NCBI GenBank assembly: GCA_963682135.1
Contig: OY821645.1
Span: 2,176,001 to 2,240,000, forward strand
Direction of reading: 5' to 3'
Source of the DNA: Methanothrix sp.
GTDB taxonomy: Archaea; Halobacteriota; Methanosarcinia; Methanotrichales; Methanotrichaceae
Length of the DNA: 64,000 nt
Shown piece by piece: positions 9,636-20,048 of this stretch (within the stretch, counting starts at the first letter, position 1; each line of letters starts with the position of its first letter). A model generated the notes under the pieces. That model saw only the letters and a list, made by a program, of their open reading frames with translations, was not told where the DNA came from and ran no database searches. A program made the translations under genes and the position numbers.

Positions 9636-10190
9636 ATGCGAGTCGTGGTTTTGCGCATCGGCCACCGGCCGGAGAGAGACAAGAGGATCACTACCCATGT
9701 CGGCCTGGTGGCCAGGGCATTTGGAGCAGAAGAGATGCTTCTCTCCGGGCGCGATTCTCATGTGGAAGAGAGCCTGACCGATGTGGCGGAGCGCTGGGGT
9801 GGAGGCTTTCGGCTCCGTCCGGATGTCTCCTGGAAAGGAGAGACCGTGCGCTGGAAAGAGGCAGGAGGAAAAGTGGTTCATCTCACCATGTACGGCTCCA
9901 ACCTGCCCGATGTGATTGACGAGATTCGCGAATGTGAGAATATTCTGGTAGCTGTGGGCGCGGAGAAGGTTCCGGCGGAGATGTACGATCTGGCGGACTG
10001 GAATGTGGCTGTAGGCAATCAGCCCCATTCCGAAGTGGCGGCGCTGGCAGTCTTCCTGGATAGGCTCTTTATGGGCAGAGAGCTATACGATGCATTTGAG
10101 GGCGGACTTAAGATTGTGCCCAATCCACACGGAAAACAGGTTTTATATCCGGAATACTGCCCGGAAAAAAGTGAAGGGCAAGGGCCATAA
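9636..10190 (+). CDS. trm56: tRNA (cytidine(56)-2'-O)-methyltransferase aTrm56
   Basis: LRIGHRPERDKRITTHVGLVARAFGA, VHLTMYG, VGAEKVP, NQPHSEVAALA. Confidence 0.95.
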   Translation: MRVVVLRIGHRPERDKRITTHVGLVARAFGAEEMLLSGRDSHVEESLTDVAERWGGGFRLRPDVSWKGETVRWKEAGGKVVHLTMYGSNLPDVIDEIRECENILVAVGAEKVPAEMYDLADWNVAVGNQPHSEVAALAVFLDRLFMGRELYDAFEGGLKIVPNPHGKQVLYPEYCPEKSEGQGP

Positions 10191-10202
10191 CCAAAAAGCA
10201 CC

Positions 10203-11345
10203 ATGAAAATACTAGTAATAGGCATCAACATTAGACACATTGCAGCCTCCGCTAGCCGGGCGGGCCATGAGGTCTTCGCTGTCGATTGTTACTGCGATGT
10301 GGACCTGGCGAGATTCGCAAAAGAGACTGCTAAGATGCCGCGCGAATGGACAAATGAGTCCCTCTCGTTTTATGTGGATAAGTTTCGCCCGGATGCCGTC
10401 GTCCTGGGACCGGGCCTGGAAGAAGCATCTGTCCGTACGGTAGTCGTGCTCAATAATCCTCCGGAAAAAACGGCCAGGGTATCAGATAAACTCTGGCTGG
10501 CCGGCTGGCTGGAAGAGAAGGGCTTTCCCTTCATAAAGACGCAGCCGCTCGATTCTCTGGATAATCCCCACTATCCCTTTCTGGTCAAGCCGCGCAAGGG
10601 TGCCGGAGGCGTGGGATGCAGAATTGTTGAGAAGGCAGCGCAGCTACAAATGCATGAGAAAGACCTCATCGCCCAGGAGCTGATCGTCGGCCGCCCCGCC
10701 AGTGTCTCCGTAATTGGGAATGGCGGCCAGGCGCGTGCCATCGCCGTCAACGAACAGCTCATCGGCGTGCCCTGGGCGGGGGCGAAAGGATTCAGGTACA
10801 GTGGCAACATCACGCCGCTCGCCCTCCCCCAGTGCGGAATAGAGCAGATGGCAGAAGAGATCATCTCGAAGCTGGGGCTTTTGGGCAGCAATGGAGTTGA
10901 TTTCCTGCTCACGGAGAAAGGTCCGGTTGTGGTCGAAGTAAATAGCCGTTTCCAGGGCAGCCTGGACACTGTGGAATTGTCCGGCGGGGTGAATGTGTTT
11001 CAGGCTCATCTGCAATCTTTTGGGGGAAGGATTCCCGAGCGTCCCGCCGCAGCGAGCTGCAGTGCAGGCAGAATCATCGTCTACGCCCCCTGTGACCTGA
11101 CCATTGAGACAGATCTGGTCAGAGACTGGACGGCAGATGTGCCTGGGAAGGGATCGCGAATAGCTGTAGACGATCCCATCCTGTCGATATTGGCCCGGGG
11201 ATCATGCCGAGATGATGTAATAGCCCAGCTAAAGACGAGAACAGCAATGCTCGGCGATCTGATAAAAAAACAGAATGCGAGATTACCAGGATACTACTCT
11301 GTAGAGCCAGTTGCTGACCAGCGTCCAGACCTTGACAAAGCCTGA
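10203..11345 (+). CDS. ATP-grasp domain protein (COG2232-like, C1-cofactor associated)
   Basis: DKL, VKPRKGAGG, QE.I.G, GVDF, EVNSRFQGS. Confidence 0.85.
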   Translation: MKILVIGINIRHIAASASRAGHEVFAVDCYCDVDLARFAKETAKMPREWTNESLSFYVDKFRPDAVVLGPGLEEASVRTVVVLNNPPEKTARVSDKLWLAGWLEEKGFPFIKTQPLDSLDNPHYPFLVKPRKGAGGVGCRIVEKAAQLQMHEKDLIAQELIVGRPASVSVIGNGGQARAIAVNEQLIGVPWAGAKGFRYSGNITPLALPQCGIEQMAEEIISKLGLLGSNGVDFLLTEKGPVVVEVNSRFQGSLDTVELSGGVNVFQAHLQSFGGRIPERPAAASCSAGRIIVYAPCDLTIETDLVRDWTADVPGKGSRIAVDDPILSILARGSCRDDVIAQLKTRTAMLGDLIKKQNARLPGYYSVEPVADQRPDLDKA

Positions 11346-11468
11346 TCCTTTCTCCAGCTTTTTTTTGTCACTCTCGCTGTACTTTTTCCCATCCTTCATC
11401 CAAGAGTCCATGAAACTGGGTTTTTCGCGTTTGAATTTAACAATGTCGGTCTGCAGCGACCGCCCCAT
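11283..11468 (-). CDS. Small hypothetical protein
   Basis: 61-aa Lys-rich ORF convergent with and overlapping the ATP-grasp 3' end. Confidence 0.35.
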   Translation of the reverse strand: MGRSLQTDIVKFKREKPSFMDSWMKDGKKYSESDKKKLEKGSGFVKVWTLVSNWLYRVVSW

Positions 11469-11584
11469 CGCAGATATCAGCTATAGGCAAACGGTTTCCG
11501 GCATCAGTATAAAAAGATAATGCTTGATAAAGATAATATAGCATAAGAGGAAAGGTATTGGCAGAGTTAGATGTTGGGGATTAA

Positions 11585-12133
11585 ATGAAGTCACCAGAGA
11601 GAATTACCATCGCATTAGATGAAGAAACAGTGGGTCTGTTCAAGAAGATGAAGGAAGACTTGGGCATGTCCCAGAGCGAGTTGATGCGAGAGTCCCTGAA
11701 GTTCTTTGGCAAACACAAGATGCTCTTCGAATTCGCCGAAGATAAGAAGGTTTACACCCATGCGGAAATGCTCTCTGCCGGAGAGCATGTGATCCTGGAT
11801 ATCGATCACTGGATACTGTTTCTAAGCTTTATTGAAACTCATCCGGACAAAGAGCGATTCTGGAATCTGCATAAAGAGGTCTGCCGAGCCCATGCAGAGC
11901 AATTCAAGCACAAGCTCCTCAATGTGGAGAGCATTTTGAGAAGGCTTGAGATCTGCAACCTATTCAATATGAGCAAGACCGGCAAGAGCGAGTTCACCCT
12001 CATCTTCGGCTCAGATGCCCCCAAGAAATTCGTGCGCATCGAGCTGGAGGAGATCTTTGCCGGCATGGGCTTCCTGGTTGAGATTAAGGATGACTTCTCA
12101 AAGCTGAGGGTCAAAGTAATCCATGATCTTTAG
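11585..12133 (+). CDS. CopG/ribbon-helix-helix transcriptional regulator with C-terminal ligand-binding-like domain
   Basis: ERITIALDEE...SQSELMRESL RHH signature. Confidence 0.8.
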   Translation: MKSPERITIALDEETVGLFKKMKEDLGMSQSELMRESLKFFGKHKMLFEFAEDKKVYTHAEMLSAGEHVILDIDHWILFLSFIETHPDKERFWNLHKEVCRAHAEQFKHKLLNVESILRRLEICNLFNMSKTGKSEFTLIFGSDAPKKFVRIELEEIFAGMGFLVEIKDDFSKLRVKVIHDL

Positions 12134-12174
12134 CACCACTACCAATTTAAGGGATGAATAAGACTGGTTGATCC

Positions 12175-12660
12175 ATGGATCTCAAAGCCCAGGTGCAGGG
12201 ATTCATGGCCAGGAAAGAGGAGCAGCTTAGCGATGAGCTTGCCAGCAAGTACAGTGTTCCCTTAGCGGAGGTGGCAGACGTAGTAAATTCCTTTTTAAAG
12301 GATACCTACGGACCGGCGATAAGGCAGGCCCAGGCCATCGATCGCATGGGGGGGGGAATGGTGCTGCTCTTTATCGGCAGAAAGGACTGCAACATCTGCA
12401 AGAGATGCGAGCCTATTCTCGAGAGCTTTCTCTCCCAGCACACCGATTTGCAGCTGGTAAAACTGGATTATTGTCAGCCATCAGGTCTGCTCTATCATAT
12501 GATCCATTGTCAGAAGAATGGCATGCTTCCGTTGATTGCTTTTATTTTAAATGGTGCGATAAAGAAGAACTTTACTGGGGAGTGCCTTAACACGGAAGTT
12601 TATGAAAGATATTATAATGACATGCTGGCCGAATGCAGCCAAAATATATATGCTCACTGA
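12175..12660 (+). CDS. Thioredoxin-fold protein
   Basis: DCNICK CxxC motif, cis-Pro-like MLPLIAF, GEC. Confidence 0.75.
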   Translation: MDLKAQVQGFMARKEEQLSDELASKYSVPLAEVADVVNSFLKDTYGPAIRQAQAIDRMGGGMVLLFIGRKDCNICKRCEPILESFLSQHTDLQLVKLDYCQPSGLLYHMIHCQKNGMLPLIAFILNGAIKKNFTGECLNTEVYERYYNDMLAECSQNIYAH

Positions 12661-12687
12661 GGTTACAGAATTGCTGCGAGGGAGATT

Positions 12688-13356
12688 ATGACCTTAATCG
12701 TACTCAACTTCAAGACTTATCGTGAATCGACCGGCCCAGAGGCTCTACGCCTGGCGGAGATATGCGAGGACATTTCCCGGGATTATTCCGTGCAAATTGT
12801 GGTAGCGCCCCAGGTAGCCGATATACAGGCCATCTCTAAAGCCGTCAAGATACCAATCTATGCCCAGCATGTAGACGGGGTAGGCTATGGCGGCTTTACG
12901 GGCCATGTGACTGCCGCGTCCTTGAAAGCCGCAGGAGCGGCAGGATCGCTCATAAATCACTCTGAGCGAAGGCTCAAGCTGGCCGATATCGATGCATCCA
13001 TCACCGCAGCTCGTCAGGCAGGCCTGAAGACTATTGTCTGCACTAACAATGTGGCTACGACTCGTGCCTCGGCTGCCCTTGAGCCTGACTATGTGGCCGT
13101 GGAACCACCGGAGTTGATCGGCAGCGGCATTCCCGTATCCAAGGCCAATCCACTGGTCATCTCCCAGTCGGTTGATGCCGTCAAGAGCATTGCACCAGGG
13201 GTCGGCGTACTCTGTGGTGCAGGAATAACACACGGCGAAGATCTGAGAAGCGCCCTGGAGCTGGGATCGATTGGCGTCTTGCTCGCGTCCGGGATTATCA
13301 AAGCAAAAGACCAGCGCAAGGCTCTAGAAGATCTGGTGACGGGTGCCAGGAAATGA
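12688..13356 (+). CDS. tpiA: Triosephosphate isomerase (archaeal type)
   Basis: NFKTY, INHSERR, AVEPPELIG, CGAGI, LLASG. Confidence 0.97.
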   Translation: MTLIVLNFKTYRESTGPEALRLAEICEDISRDYSVQIVVAPQVADIQAISKAVKIPIYAQHVDGVGYGGFTGHVTAASLKAAGAAGSLINHSERRLKLADIDASITAARQAGLKTIVCTNNVATTRASAALEPDYVAVEPPELIGSGIPVSKANPLVISQSVDAVKSIAPGVGVLCGAGITHGEDLRSALELGSIGVLLASGIIKAKDQRKALEDLVTGARK

Positions 13357-13622
13357 TCGCGGTGCACGTTCGTGTTTCGGGTCGAGTGCAGGGCGTTTTC
13401 TATCGCGCCTTTACTCAAGAGCGAGCACGAGCCCTGGGGGTTAAAGGATGGGTCCGCAACATTCCCGGCGGCGGAGTGGATGCAGTACTGGAGGGCGAGA
13501 GAAAGCAGGTTGGGGAGCTGCTCAAAGCCATGAAATCGGGACCCACTGGCTCCATAATCTTGGGGATGGAGTTCTCAGAGTTGGAAAGCAAAGGGTATGA
13601 AGACTTTGCGATAGAGTATTAA
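13353..13622 (+). CDS. acyP: Acylphosphatase
   Basis: VSGRVQGVFYR, GWVRN. Confidence 0.95.
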   Translation: MIAVHVRVSGRVQGVFYRAFTQERARALGVKGWVRNIPGGGVDAVLEGERKQVGELLKAMKSGPTGSIILGMEFSELESKGYEDFAIEY

Positions 13623-13646
13623 TAATAATTTATAGGATGTGATCTC

Positions 13647-13817
13647 ATGCTTACCGTCAATAGATACAAATGCTGCTACTGTGGTGCCTGCGTCGGAGTC
13701 TGCCCGACATGCGCCCTGGAGTTAGTGGAGACTTGGCTAGAGGTCTCGGCAGAGTGTAAGGAGTGCGGCCTGTGCACCAAGATATGCCCTGTGGGAGCCC
13801 TAGGGGTCAAGGCATGA
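13647..13817 (+). CDS. 2x[4Fe-4S] ferredoxin (56 aa; partner of DGGR)
   Basis: Read directly: MLTVNRYKCCYCGACVGVCP...CKECGLCTKICPVGALGVKA*. Stop overlaps the next ATG (ATGA). Not in the ORF track. Confidence 0.92.
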   Translation: MLTVNRYKCCYCGACVGVCPTCALELVETWLEVSAECKECGLCTKICPVGALGVKA

Positions 13818-14989
13818 AGTGCGACTTGATAGTGGTAGGGGGCGGTCCCGGCGGATCTATGGCTGCAAAGACGGCAGCTTCAGCAGGCCTTAAGGTCGTC
13901 ATGCTGGAGAAACGCCAGGAGATTGGAGATCCCGTGCGCTGCGCGGAGGGCGTCAGCAAGAGAGCCCTGTGCCGCATGTTGAAGCCTGAGCCGGAATGGA
14001 TCTCTTCCGAGGTAAAGGGGGCCAGAATCTATGCACCGGACGGAAGAAGCATCGTCATGTCCGAAGATAAGAGCGGCGACGAGGTGGGCTACGTCCTGCA
14101 GAGGAAGATCTTCGATAGGGGCCTCGCCATGCAGGCTGCAACGGCGGGAGCCAAGGTATTGGTCAAGACCAGGGCTTTGGGTCTGCTCAAGAAGGATGGA
14201 GTAATCAGTGGTGTGTCCGCACTTCGCATTGGAGAGCCCCTGCAGATCGAAGCGCCCCTGATCATCGGTGCAGACGGGGTGGAGTCCAAGGTGGGACGCT
14301 GGGCGGGCATTGATACCACTTTGAAGTTGCAAGATATCGAATCTTGTGCCCAGTTCCTGGTGCATGATGCATCCATTGATAACGAATACACAGAGTTCTT
14401 TTTAGGAAACAGCATAGCGCCTTCAGGATATGCCTGGTCTTTTCCCAAGGGCGAGAAGCTGGCTAACATTGGTCTGGGAATTCAGGGCTCGCGCTCCAAG
14501 CCTGGTGAAGCAGTGCGGCTGCTGCGGCAGTTAATGAAATCACGATTTCCCAATGGCAAGGTTGTGGAGATGGTAGTGGGAGGAGACCCCTGTTCCGGTC
14601 CCATTGACTGTGCAATCACCGATAGCGTGATGCTGGTGGGAGATGCCGCTCATCAGACCGATCCACTCACGGGAGGAGGCATTCTCAATGCCATGCAGGC
14701 AGGAATCATCGCCGGAGAGGTAGCGGCAAAAGCTATAGCTGCAGGAAATGTCCGCCGATCCGGGCTGCAAGAGTACGAAGACCGCTGGCGAAACGGGTTT
14801 GGCAAGGTTATTGCCAGGAGCTTCCAGTTCAAAGAGTTCTTCGTCAAGCTTACGGATAACGACATGAACCTGCTCATAGGATCTCTGGCCAAGGAGGACA
14901 TAACCAAGATGGACCTGCCGGACATGCTACGCGTTCTCTTCCGGCTCAACCCGAAGCTGCTCTGGGGGCTGAAAAGTCTGATAATTTGA
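13814..14989 (+). CDS. Digeranylgeranylglycerophospholipid reductase (GGR family)
   Basis: GGGPGG, RCAEG, GADG, PSGYAWSFP, VGDAA, PLTGGGI. Ferredoxin immediately upstream. Confidence 0.92.
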   Translation: MKCDLIVVGGGPGGSMAAKTAASAGLKVVMLEKRQEIGDPVRCAEGVSKRALCRMLKPEPEWISSEVKGARIYAPDGRSIVMSEDKSGDEVGYVLQRKIFDRGLAMQAATAGAKVLVKTRALGLLKKDGVISGVSALRIGEPLQIEAPLIIGADGVESKVGRWAGIDTTLKLQDIESCAQFLVHDASIDNEYTEFFLGNSIAPSGYAWSFPKGEKLANIGLGIQGSRSKPGEAVRLLRQLMKSRFPNGKVVEMVVGGDPCSGPIDCAITDSVMLVGDAAHQTDPLTGGGILNAMQAGIIAGEVAAKAIAAGNVRRSGLQEYEDRWRNGFGKVIARSFQFKEFFVKLTDNDMNLLIGSLAKEDITKMDLPDMLRVLFRLNPKLLWGLKSLII

Positions 14990-15049
14990 TTTATCCCAAA
15001 AAGTAATACCCCGCAGCTCTGCTGCTGGGTATTACTTCGGATAAATCAA
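14986..15049. repeat. Long imperfect palindrome (REP/MITE-like or terminator)
   Basis: TTGATTTATCC..AAGTAATACCCCGCAGC-TCT-GCTGCTGGGTATTACTT..GGATAAATCAA. The 19-bp core recurs inverted at 60776..60794. Confidence 0.8.
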
Positions 15050-15326
15050 TCATTTATTTTTTTGTCGTATTATATACATAACTGCCATGAGGCAGGATAT
15101 TGCAGATAACATCTCAAATTCTGGCGTGGTTTGTTGCTCCGTCGCATCCTTGACAATTATTCGAGTATGTTGTATTCGTATACAAATATATTTTAAATAT
15201 GGGGGCATTTTGAGAAATAGCCAAAAATCGGGATATATATTAACGAACGCTTTGACTAATATAGTAACCCGATTTTCGTACCAACACTATTATCCTTGAT
15301 TGTATTATGCATTAAATCCCATATGA

Positions 15327-16241
15327 CTAATTCCGTATTATATAGCTGATGAGATATTTAGTTTTCTCGTCCAATTCTGCGGCCATAACCTCATAAATTT
15401 CAGGATAGCGTTTCATGCAGAATACCAAGAGATTTGCAACCCGATTTATATTATGTGGACAAGACGATGGCAATTCTATAATCCTGGAAAACATGTTATT
15501 ATGGATGGCCCCATATTGGAGCAATAATCCTGATAACTGAACTTTTGGTGCTAGTTCATTACCGACGAACAGTTTATCTAAAGCAATAAGTGCAGGCTTT
15601 AAGTCATGGCAAACAGCTAGGCCAATTTGATCTCCACTATAATGAGTTGCTCTCTCATAAGGGTAAAGCAATAAATTAAATATCGCAAATTTTTCTATAG
15701 AGTCTATTAATATACGTATATATGTAAACCTCAAATGTTTTGCTTTTAGATGACCAACGAACCGAGCAATTATCCAAGTTAATTGCAAAAGATTTGGATC
15801 ATCAATCATATCTTCCAACAACTCTGAATAAAGAATTATCACTTTCATCCTAAATAGTTTTATCAAAATACTGTTTACTTCTCCTTTATCTACTATATAT
15901 ATATCAATGTTTTCCGGATAATCAAGAGTATCTCTTATTTGATTGACTAGCAGATTTACTTGAGGAAAATTATCTTCAGAGACCTTAACGCTATTGCTAA
16001 TTAGCTCTGCCTTAAGGATCTCAGATAAAAACCAAGCTCCTAATATTATTGACCCAATTACTAATATAAGATAAGGTGTATACCATACGAGAGTGAGAAG
16101 CACAATTATCACTACAGCAATTGTCGCTAATGCTAATTTAAATCGTGATTCTTCTGTAGGATGGCATAAATCACTAACGTCGAGTTTCTGTTTCGCCGTT
16201 GGATTTTGTTCACCTTTTTCGAGCTTCAAATCTATCGCCAT
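15327..16241 (-). CDS. M48-family peptidase-like membrane protein with degenerate active site, AT-rich
   Basis: Two N-terminal TM helices, SVKVSEDNFPQV, IYI..G.VN, ARFVGHLK in place of HELGH, YSGDQIG, CPH...R. Confidence 0.7.
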   Translation of the reverse strand: MAIDLKLEKGEQNPTAKQKLDVSDLCHPTEESRFKLALATIAVVIIVLLTLVWYTPYLILVIGSIILGAWFLSEILKAELISNSVKVSEDNFPQVNLLVNQIRDTLDYPENIDIYIVDKGEVNSILIKLFRMKVIILYSELLEDMIDDPNLLQLTWIIARFVGHLKAKHLRFTYIRILIDSIEKFAIFNLLLYPYERATHYSGDQIGLAVCHDLKPALIALDKLFVGNELAPKVQLSGLLLQYGAIHNNMFSRIIELPSSCPHNINRVANLLVFCMKRYPEIYEVMAAELDEKTKYLISYIIRN

Positions 16242-16898
16242 AATAAAAAAACACCTACTAATATTATATTTTCGTTATCAGTTAAGTGATCGATTCTTTC
16301 AGTTGTCATGATCATCATTATATATTTATCACACTAATTCATACTTATTTCATATACATATAATAAGGTTACGCTGTGTTGTTGCATAATTGTATTTATG
16401 TTTATTTAATAACTATTAACTTATTCTATGTAAATACATTGTGGTTGGCCCAAATATGATGAGAACCTAGTTGTGTGAGTCTAGGTTGTCCGCCAAAAAA
16501 GATTTTTTTTGCAGTGTGCCGAGTTTTCTGTAAAATTTCCTGCCACACATAACCTCGTAGGCTAATAACCTCAAAGAACAACATTCTGAACCCCATGCGG
16601 ATCACTGCAACTCATTGCAATTAGATGAGCTTCGAAATCCCAATCTCAATTTTTAGAAGAAATTTGACTTCTCGTTTATTGTTGAGAGCAACGTCAATTC
16701 CATCCTCAAAAAAATCGCGTATTAACGTGATCAGTCTTTTCATACTTATTTTCAGCACGCGATCTATTCTACCATTAGTCGAACGTATTGCCCAGTATTC
16801 GAAGTGTCGTTGCTCGCTATTAGAACGCGTCACAATGTACTCTGCGCAGCCATAATTCTGACGAGGCCCTAGCTATTTTCAGCACTGCTCAAAATTAT

Positions 16899-17447
16899 CT
16901 ACTCCAGTACCGATGTGCCGTCCGCCCTCTTGGGCAACCTTTCCAGGTCGAAGTGGACGCAAATCGTCTCTTTATCCGCGTCTATGGCTGCCACGCCAAT
17001 GTGAAAGATGTAGCGCATAGTTCTGCGTCCGTCCGGAATTTGCAGCTTATGTTCCCGGCGCAGCAGAATAGCACTGGCAGTCTGAAGAGAGGGACTGCTT
17101 TGCAGGAATAAAAGGCCGGGCAGGTTCAGGCGATGATGACTGGTAGTAGGATACTTCTCCCCAATTAATTCACCCAGCTCTTCGCGAAGGATGACAACCT
17201 GCATTTCGCCACTCTTCACAGCGATCTGCAGCTCGTCGGCATGTACCTGGTCGATGTGAGAATGAAGCGCATTGAGAATATAGCTATCCCCAAGTCCCCT
17301 ATTTTCCGGTGGCAACAACGCTTCCAGCTTCTTCATAAAGGGGCGCAAAAGAGGACTGGTACCTGCAAATAGAACACCAGGGAGGTTTCCTACCTCCGTT
17401 CGGGCCAGCTCATTTAGATCCTTCTCGCGGACCATTATGGATATCAT
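16899..17447 (-). CDS. Hypothetical protein
   Basis: 182-aa ORF with host-like composition and a TATA-like upstream region. Confidence 0.65.
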   Translation of the reverse strand: MISIMVREKDLNELARTEVGNLPGVLFAGTSPLLRPFMKKLEALLPPENRGLGDSYILNALHSHIDQVHADELQIAVKSGEMQVVILREELGELIGEKYPTTSHHRLNLPGLLFLQSSPSLQTASAILLRREHKLQIPDGRRTMRYIFHIGVAAIDADKETICVHFDLERLPKRADGTSVLE

Positions 17448-17898
17448 GATAATGCTATTTGCTATCTAGAATATATATATTGCAGGGTCGCCGAAATACC
17501 GATGGTTTGCTATTCTTAGGACATCAGGTAGCGGTGATATTCACAGCCATCTATTCCCGCAACAGGATAAATTTCTTAATAAATAATATTATTATTGAAT
17601 TTATGTTAATTCTTCCTAAATTAATTATTTAATCTAATTCTGATTTGAGATCGGTTAAGGCCCGGAAAGATCATCCCTTCAGTGCAACTCCATTAATGGG
17701 CATTTGGAAATTGCCACAAATATAAATTCTCAACCCAAGGCATTCAGGAGTTGATAGTCACCTAAATGTAAACGCTTCTTGCTTTTTAAGTTATTATCTA
17801 AAGTATTAGTCTAATTAAGTAAAATTAAAGATATTCCCTTTCAAAACAAATTATTTATATCATTAAGTATTTGTGACAAGAAAAATATGGTGACGATT

Positions 17899-18276
17899 AT
17901 GAAAGAGTCCACCGTAAAGATCCTGGATGATAAGGACATGGAATTTGTCGAAACGCTTCGATCCCTGAGCGTTCCGCGCAACGTTGCAACGCTCATAACC
18001 TTTCTGGCTAATGTGGATGAAGCCTCATCTCGCGAAATCGAGATGGGTTCCGACCTTCGCCAGCCGGAAGTAAGCATTGCCATGCGTACCCTGCGTGATA
18101 ACAACTGGATAGAAGAGAAAGAAATCAAGCGCGAAGGCAAAGGCAGACCAATGAAGGTCTATTCGCTAAAAGCAGGAATTGATTCAATCATCAAGCATTT
18201 TGAGGATGAAAAGCTGCACGAGTCTGCCCAGGCCATGGAGAGCATCCAGAGGCTGAAACAGCTAATTGCAACTTAG
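17899..18276 (+). CDS. Winged-helix transcriptional regulator (methanogen ArsR/TrmB-like)
   Basis: SSREIE.GSDLRQPEVSIAM, GKGRPMKVY. Confidence 0.88.
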   Translation: MKESTVKILDDKDMEFVETLRSLSVPRNVATLITFLANVDEASSREIEMGSDLRQPEVSIAMRTLRDNNWIEEKEIKREGKGRPMKVYSLKAGIDSIIKHFEDEKLHESAQAMESIQRLKQLIAT

Positions 18277-18308
18277 ATAAAGAAAATTGGGAGGGAAGTT
18301 AAGATATA

Positions 18309-18557
18309 TCACTGATGGGAGGGACTGGCTAGTACCTCCACCTCGATTTTTGCAGCGATATTGCGGCCAAGCGACATCTTCGAGCCGTTTACCTCAATTA
18401 CTATCGGCCCGCCAAAAGGCTGAGAGGCAATTTTGCGGATCTGCCTTCCTTTCCGTATGCCCATGGACTCAAACCTCTTCTCCCAACCGGCATCACTTAC
18501 TACCATGATCTCCAGGGCCTGATTGCAGGGTGCCTTGGTAAGCTCTATGTACCCCAT
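18309..18557 (-). CDS. feoA: FeoA family protein
   Basis: RFESMGIRKG...QPFGGPIVIEV.GSKMSLGR..A.KI.V. Confidence 0.9.
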   Translation of the reverse strand: MGYIELTKAPCNQALEIMVVSDAGWEKRFESMGIRKGRQIRKIASQPFGGPIVIEVNGSKMSLGRNIAAKIEVEVLASPSHQ

Positions 18558-18563
18558 TTCTAA

Positions 18564-19376
18564 TCAGATGCGCACGTTCACGCCCCTCTCTTTGAGATAG
18601 GCCTTGACGTTGCGGACATTCCACTCTCCGAAGTGAAAGATGCTCGCCGCCAGCGCAGCCGAAGCATCCGTTTTCTTGAAGACTTCCAGCATGTGCTCGG
18701 GGCTAGCGCAGCCTCCTGAGGCGATCACAGGCACGTTAACCTTTTTGGCCACGGCGTCTGTGAGGGGGATGTCGAAGCCATCATATGTTCCGTCCCGATC
18801 CATGCTGGTGAGAAGAATCTCTCCCGCCCCCAGAGATACCGCCTTGCTTGCCCAGGCGATGGCGTCGATACCTGTAAATTGCCTGCCTCCATAAAAGGAG
18901 CACTCAAACCAGCAAGGGCCTTGCTCGGTTTCTACAATAATCCTGCCTTCTTCCGGAGTATAGCGCCGCTTGGCATCTATGGCCAGTACGACAGCCTGAT
19001 TTCCATATAGATCGGATATCTCGCGGATCAGCTCCGGGCGTTTTAGTGCGGAGGTGTTCACAGTGATCTTGTCAGCCCCGGCATTGAATACCTCTCTTGC
19101 CTGCTCCACACTGCTTATGCCGCCGCCTACGGCTAAAGGTACAAAGACCGACCGCGAGGTCTCTCTAATGACCCCTGTCATGGTCTCCCGTCGCTCATGA
19201 GATGCAGTGATGTCCAAAAAGACAATCTCATCGGCACCGTCCTGATAATACTGGCCAGCCAGCTCCCAGGGGATGCCGGCATATCTTATCTGCTTGAACT
19301 CAATGCCCTTGACAACTCGACCCCCCGGCACACCCAGATCGCAGTCCAAACAGGGAATGATCCTTCTCGCTAGCAT
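18564..19376 (-). CDS. hisF: Imidazole glycerol phosphate synthase cyclase subunit
   Basis: [40 protein letters not shown]. Confidence 0.97.
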   Translation of the reverse strand: MLARRIIPCLDCDLGVPGGRVVKGIEFKQIRYAGIPWELAGQYYQDGADEIVFLDITASHERRETMTGVIRETSRSVFVPLAVGGGISSVEQAREVFNAGADKITVNTSALKRPELIREISDLYGNQAVVLAIDAKRRYTPEEGRIIVETEQGPCWFECSFYGGRQFTGIDAIAWASKAVSLGAGEILLTSMDRDGTYDGFDIPLTDAVAKKVNVPVIASGGCASPEHMLEVFKKTDASAALAASIFHFGEWNVRNVKAYLKERGVNVRI

Positions 19377-19975
19377 CTTATTGACCTCACAAAGTTCTCC
19401 AGAATTCTCAGACCCTTGGCACCCGATTTCTCGGGGTGAAACTGGGTGGCAAAGAGGTTATCTTTGCTCACAGCGGCCGTAACTTCCGTACCATACTCCG
19501 TGGTGGCGGCAATCACGGACCTGTCCTTCGGCAGGCCATAGTAGGAATGCACAAAATAGAACATATCTCCATCAGAGATTCCATCCAGCATCTCCACAGG
19601 ACGTTTGATGGAGAGGTCGTTCCAGCCCATCTGGGGAACCATCACACCTTCTGGCAGGTGCACTACCTTGCCATCTATCCAGCCCAGGCCCTTAGCGCCG
19701 GGGCTCTCTTCGCTCTCCTCGAAGAGCACTTGCATGCCGACGCAAATGCCAAGCATAGGCATTCCTTGCCGGAAGCTATGCAAAAGCGAACTCTCAAATC
19801 GTGAGAGCTGACTCATGCAGCTTCCGAAGGCCCCCACTCCCGGAACTACTATACCGTCTGCATCTTCCAGGTCATCAGGATCGCGAACGATTTTGGGATG
19901 TCCTCCCACATAGTCCAGAGCGTTGTAGATGCTGAAAAGGTTTCCCATACCGTAATCTACTATGACAATTGTCAT
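19370..19975 (-). CDS. hisH: Imidazole glycerol phosphate synthase glutaminase subunit
   Basis: DYGMGNL, PGVGAF, GICVGMQ, YFVHSY, QFHPEKS. Confidence 0.97.
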   Translation of the reverse strand: MTIVIVDYGMGNLFSIYNALDYVGGHPKIVRDPDDLEDADGIVVPGVGAFGSCMSQLSRFESSLLHSFRQGMPMLGICVGMQVLFEESEESPGAKGLGWIDGKVVHLPEGVMVPQMGWNDLSIKRPVEMLDGISDGDMFYFVHSYYGLPKDRSVIAATTEYGTEVTAAVSKDNLFATQFHPEKSGAKGLRILENFVRSIRC

Positions 19976-20048
19976 CTTTGTTATCCTTCTTTCACCAGCT
20001 ATGATGCAATGACTGGAGATCAACTATATTGCTTTTGGGGAGGCCGCC

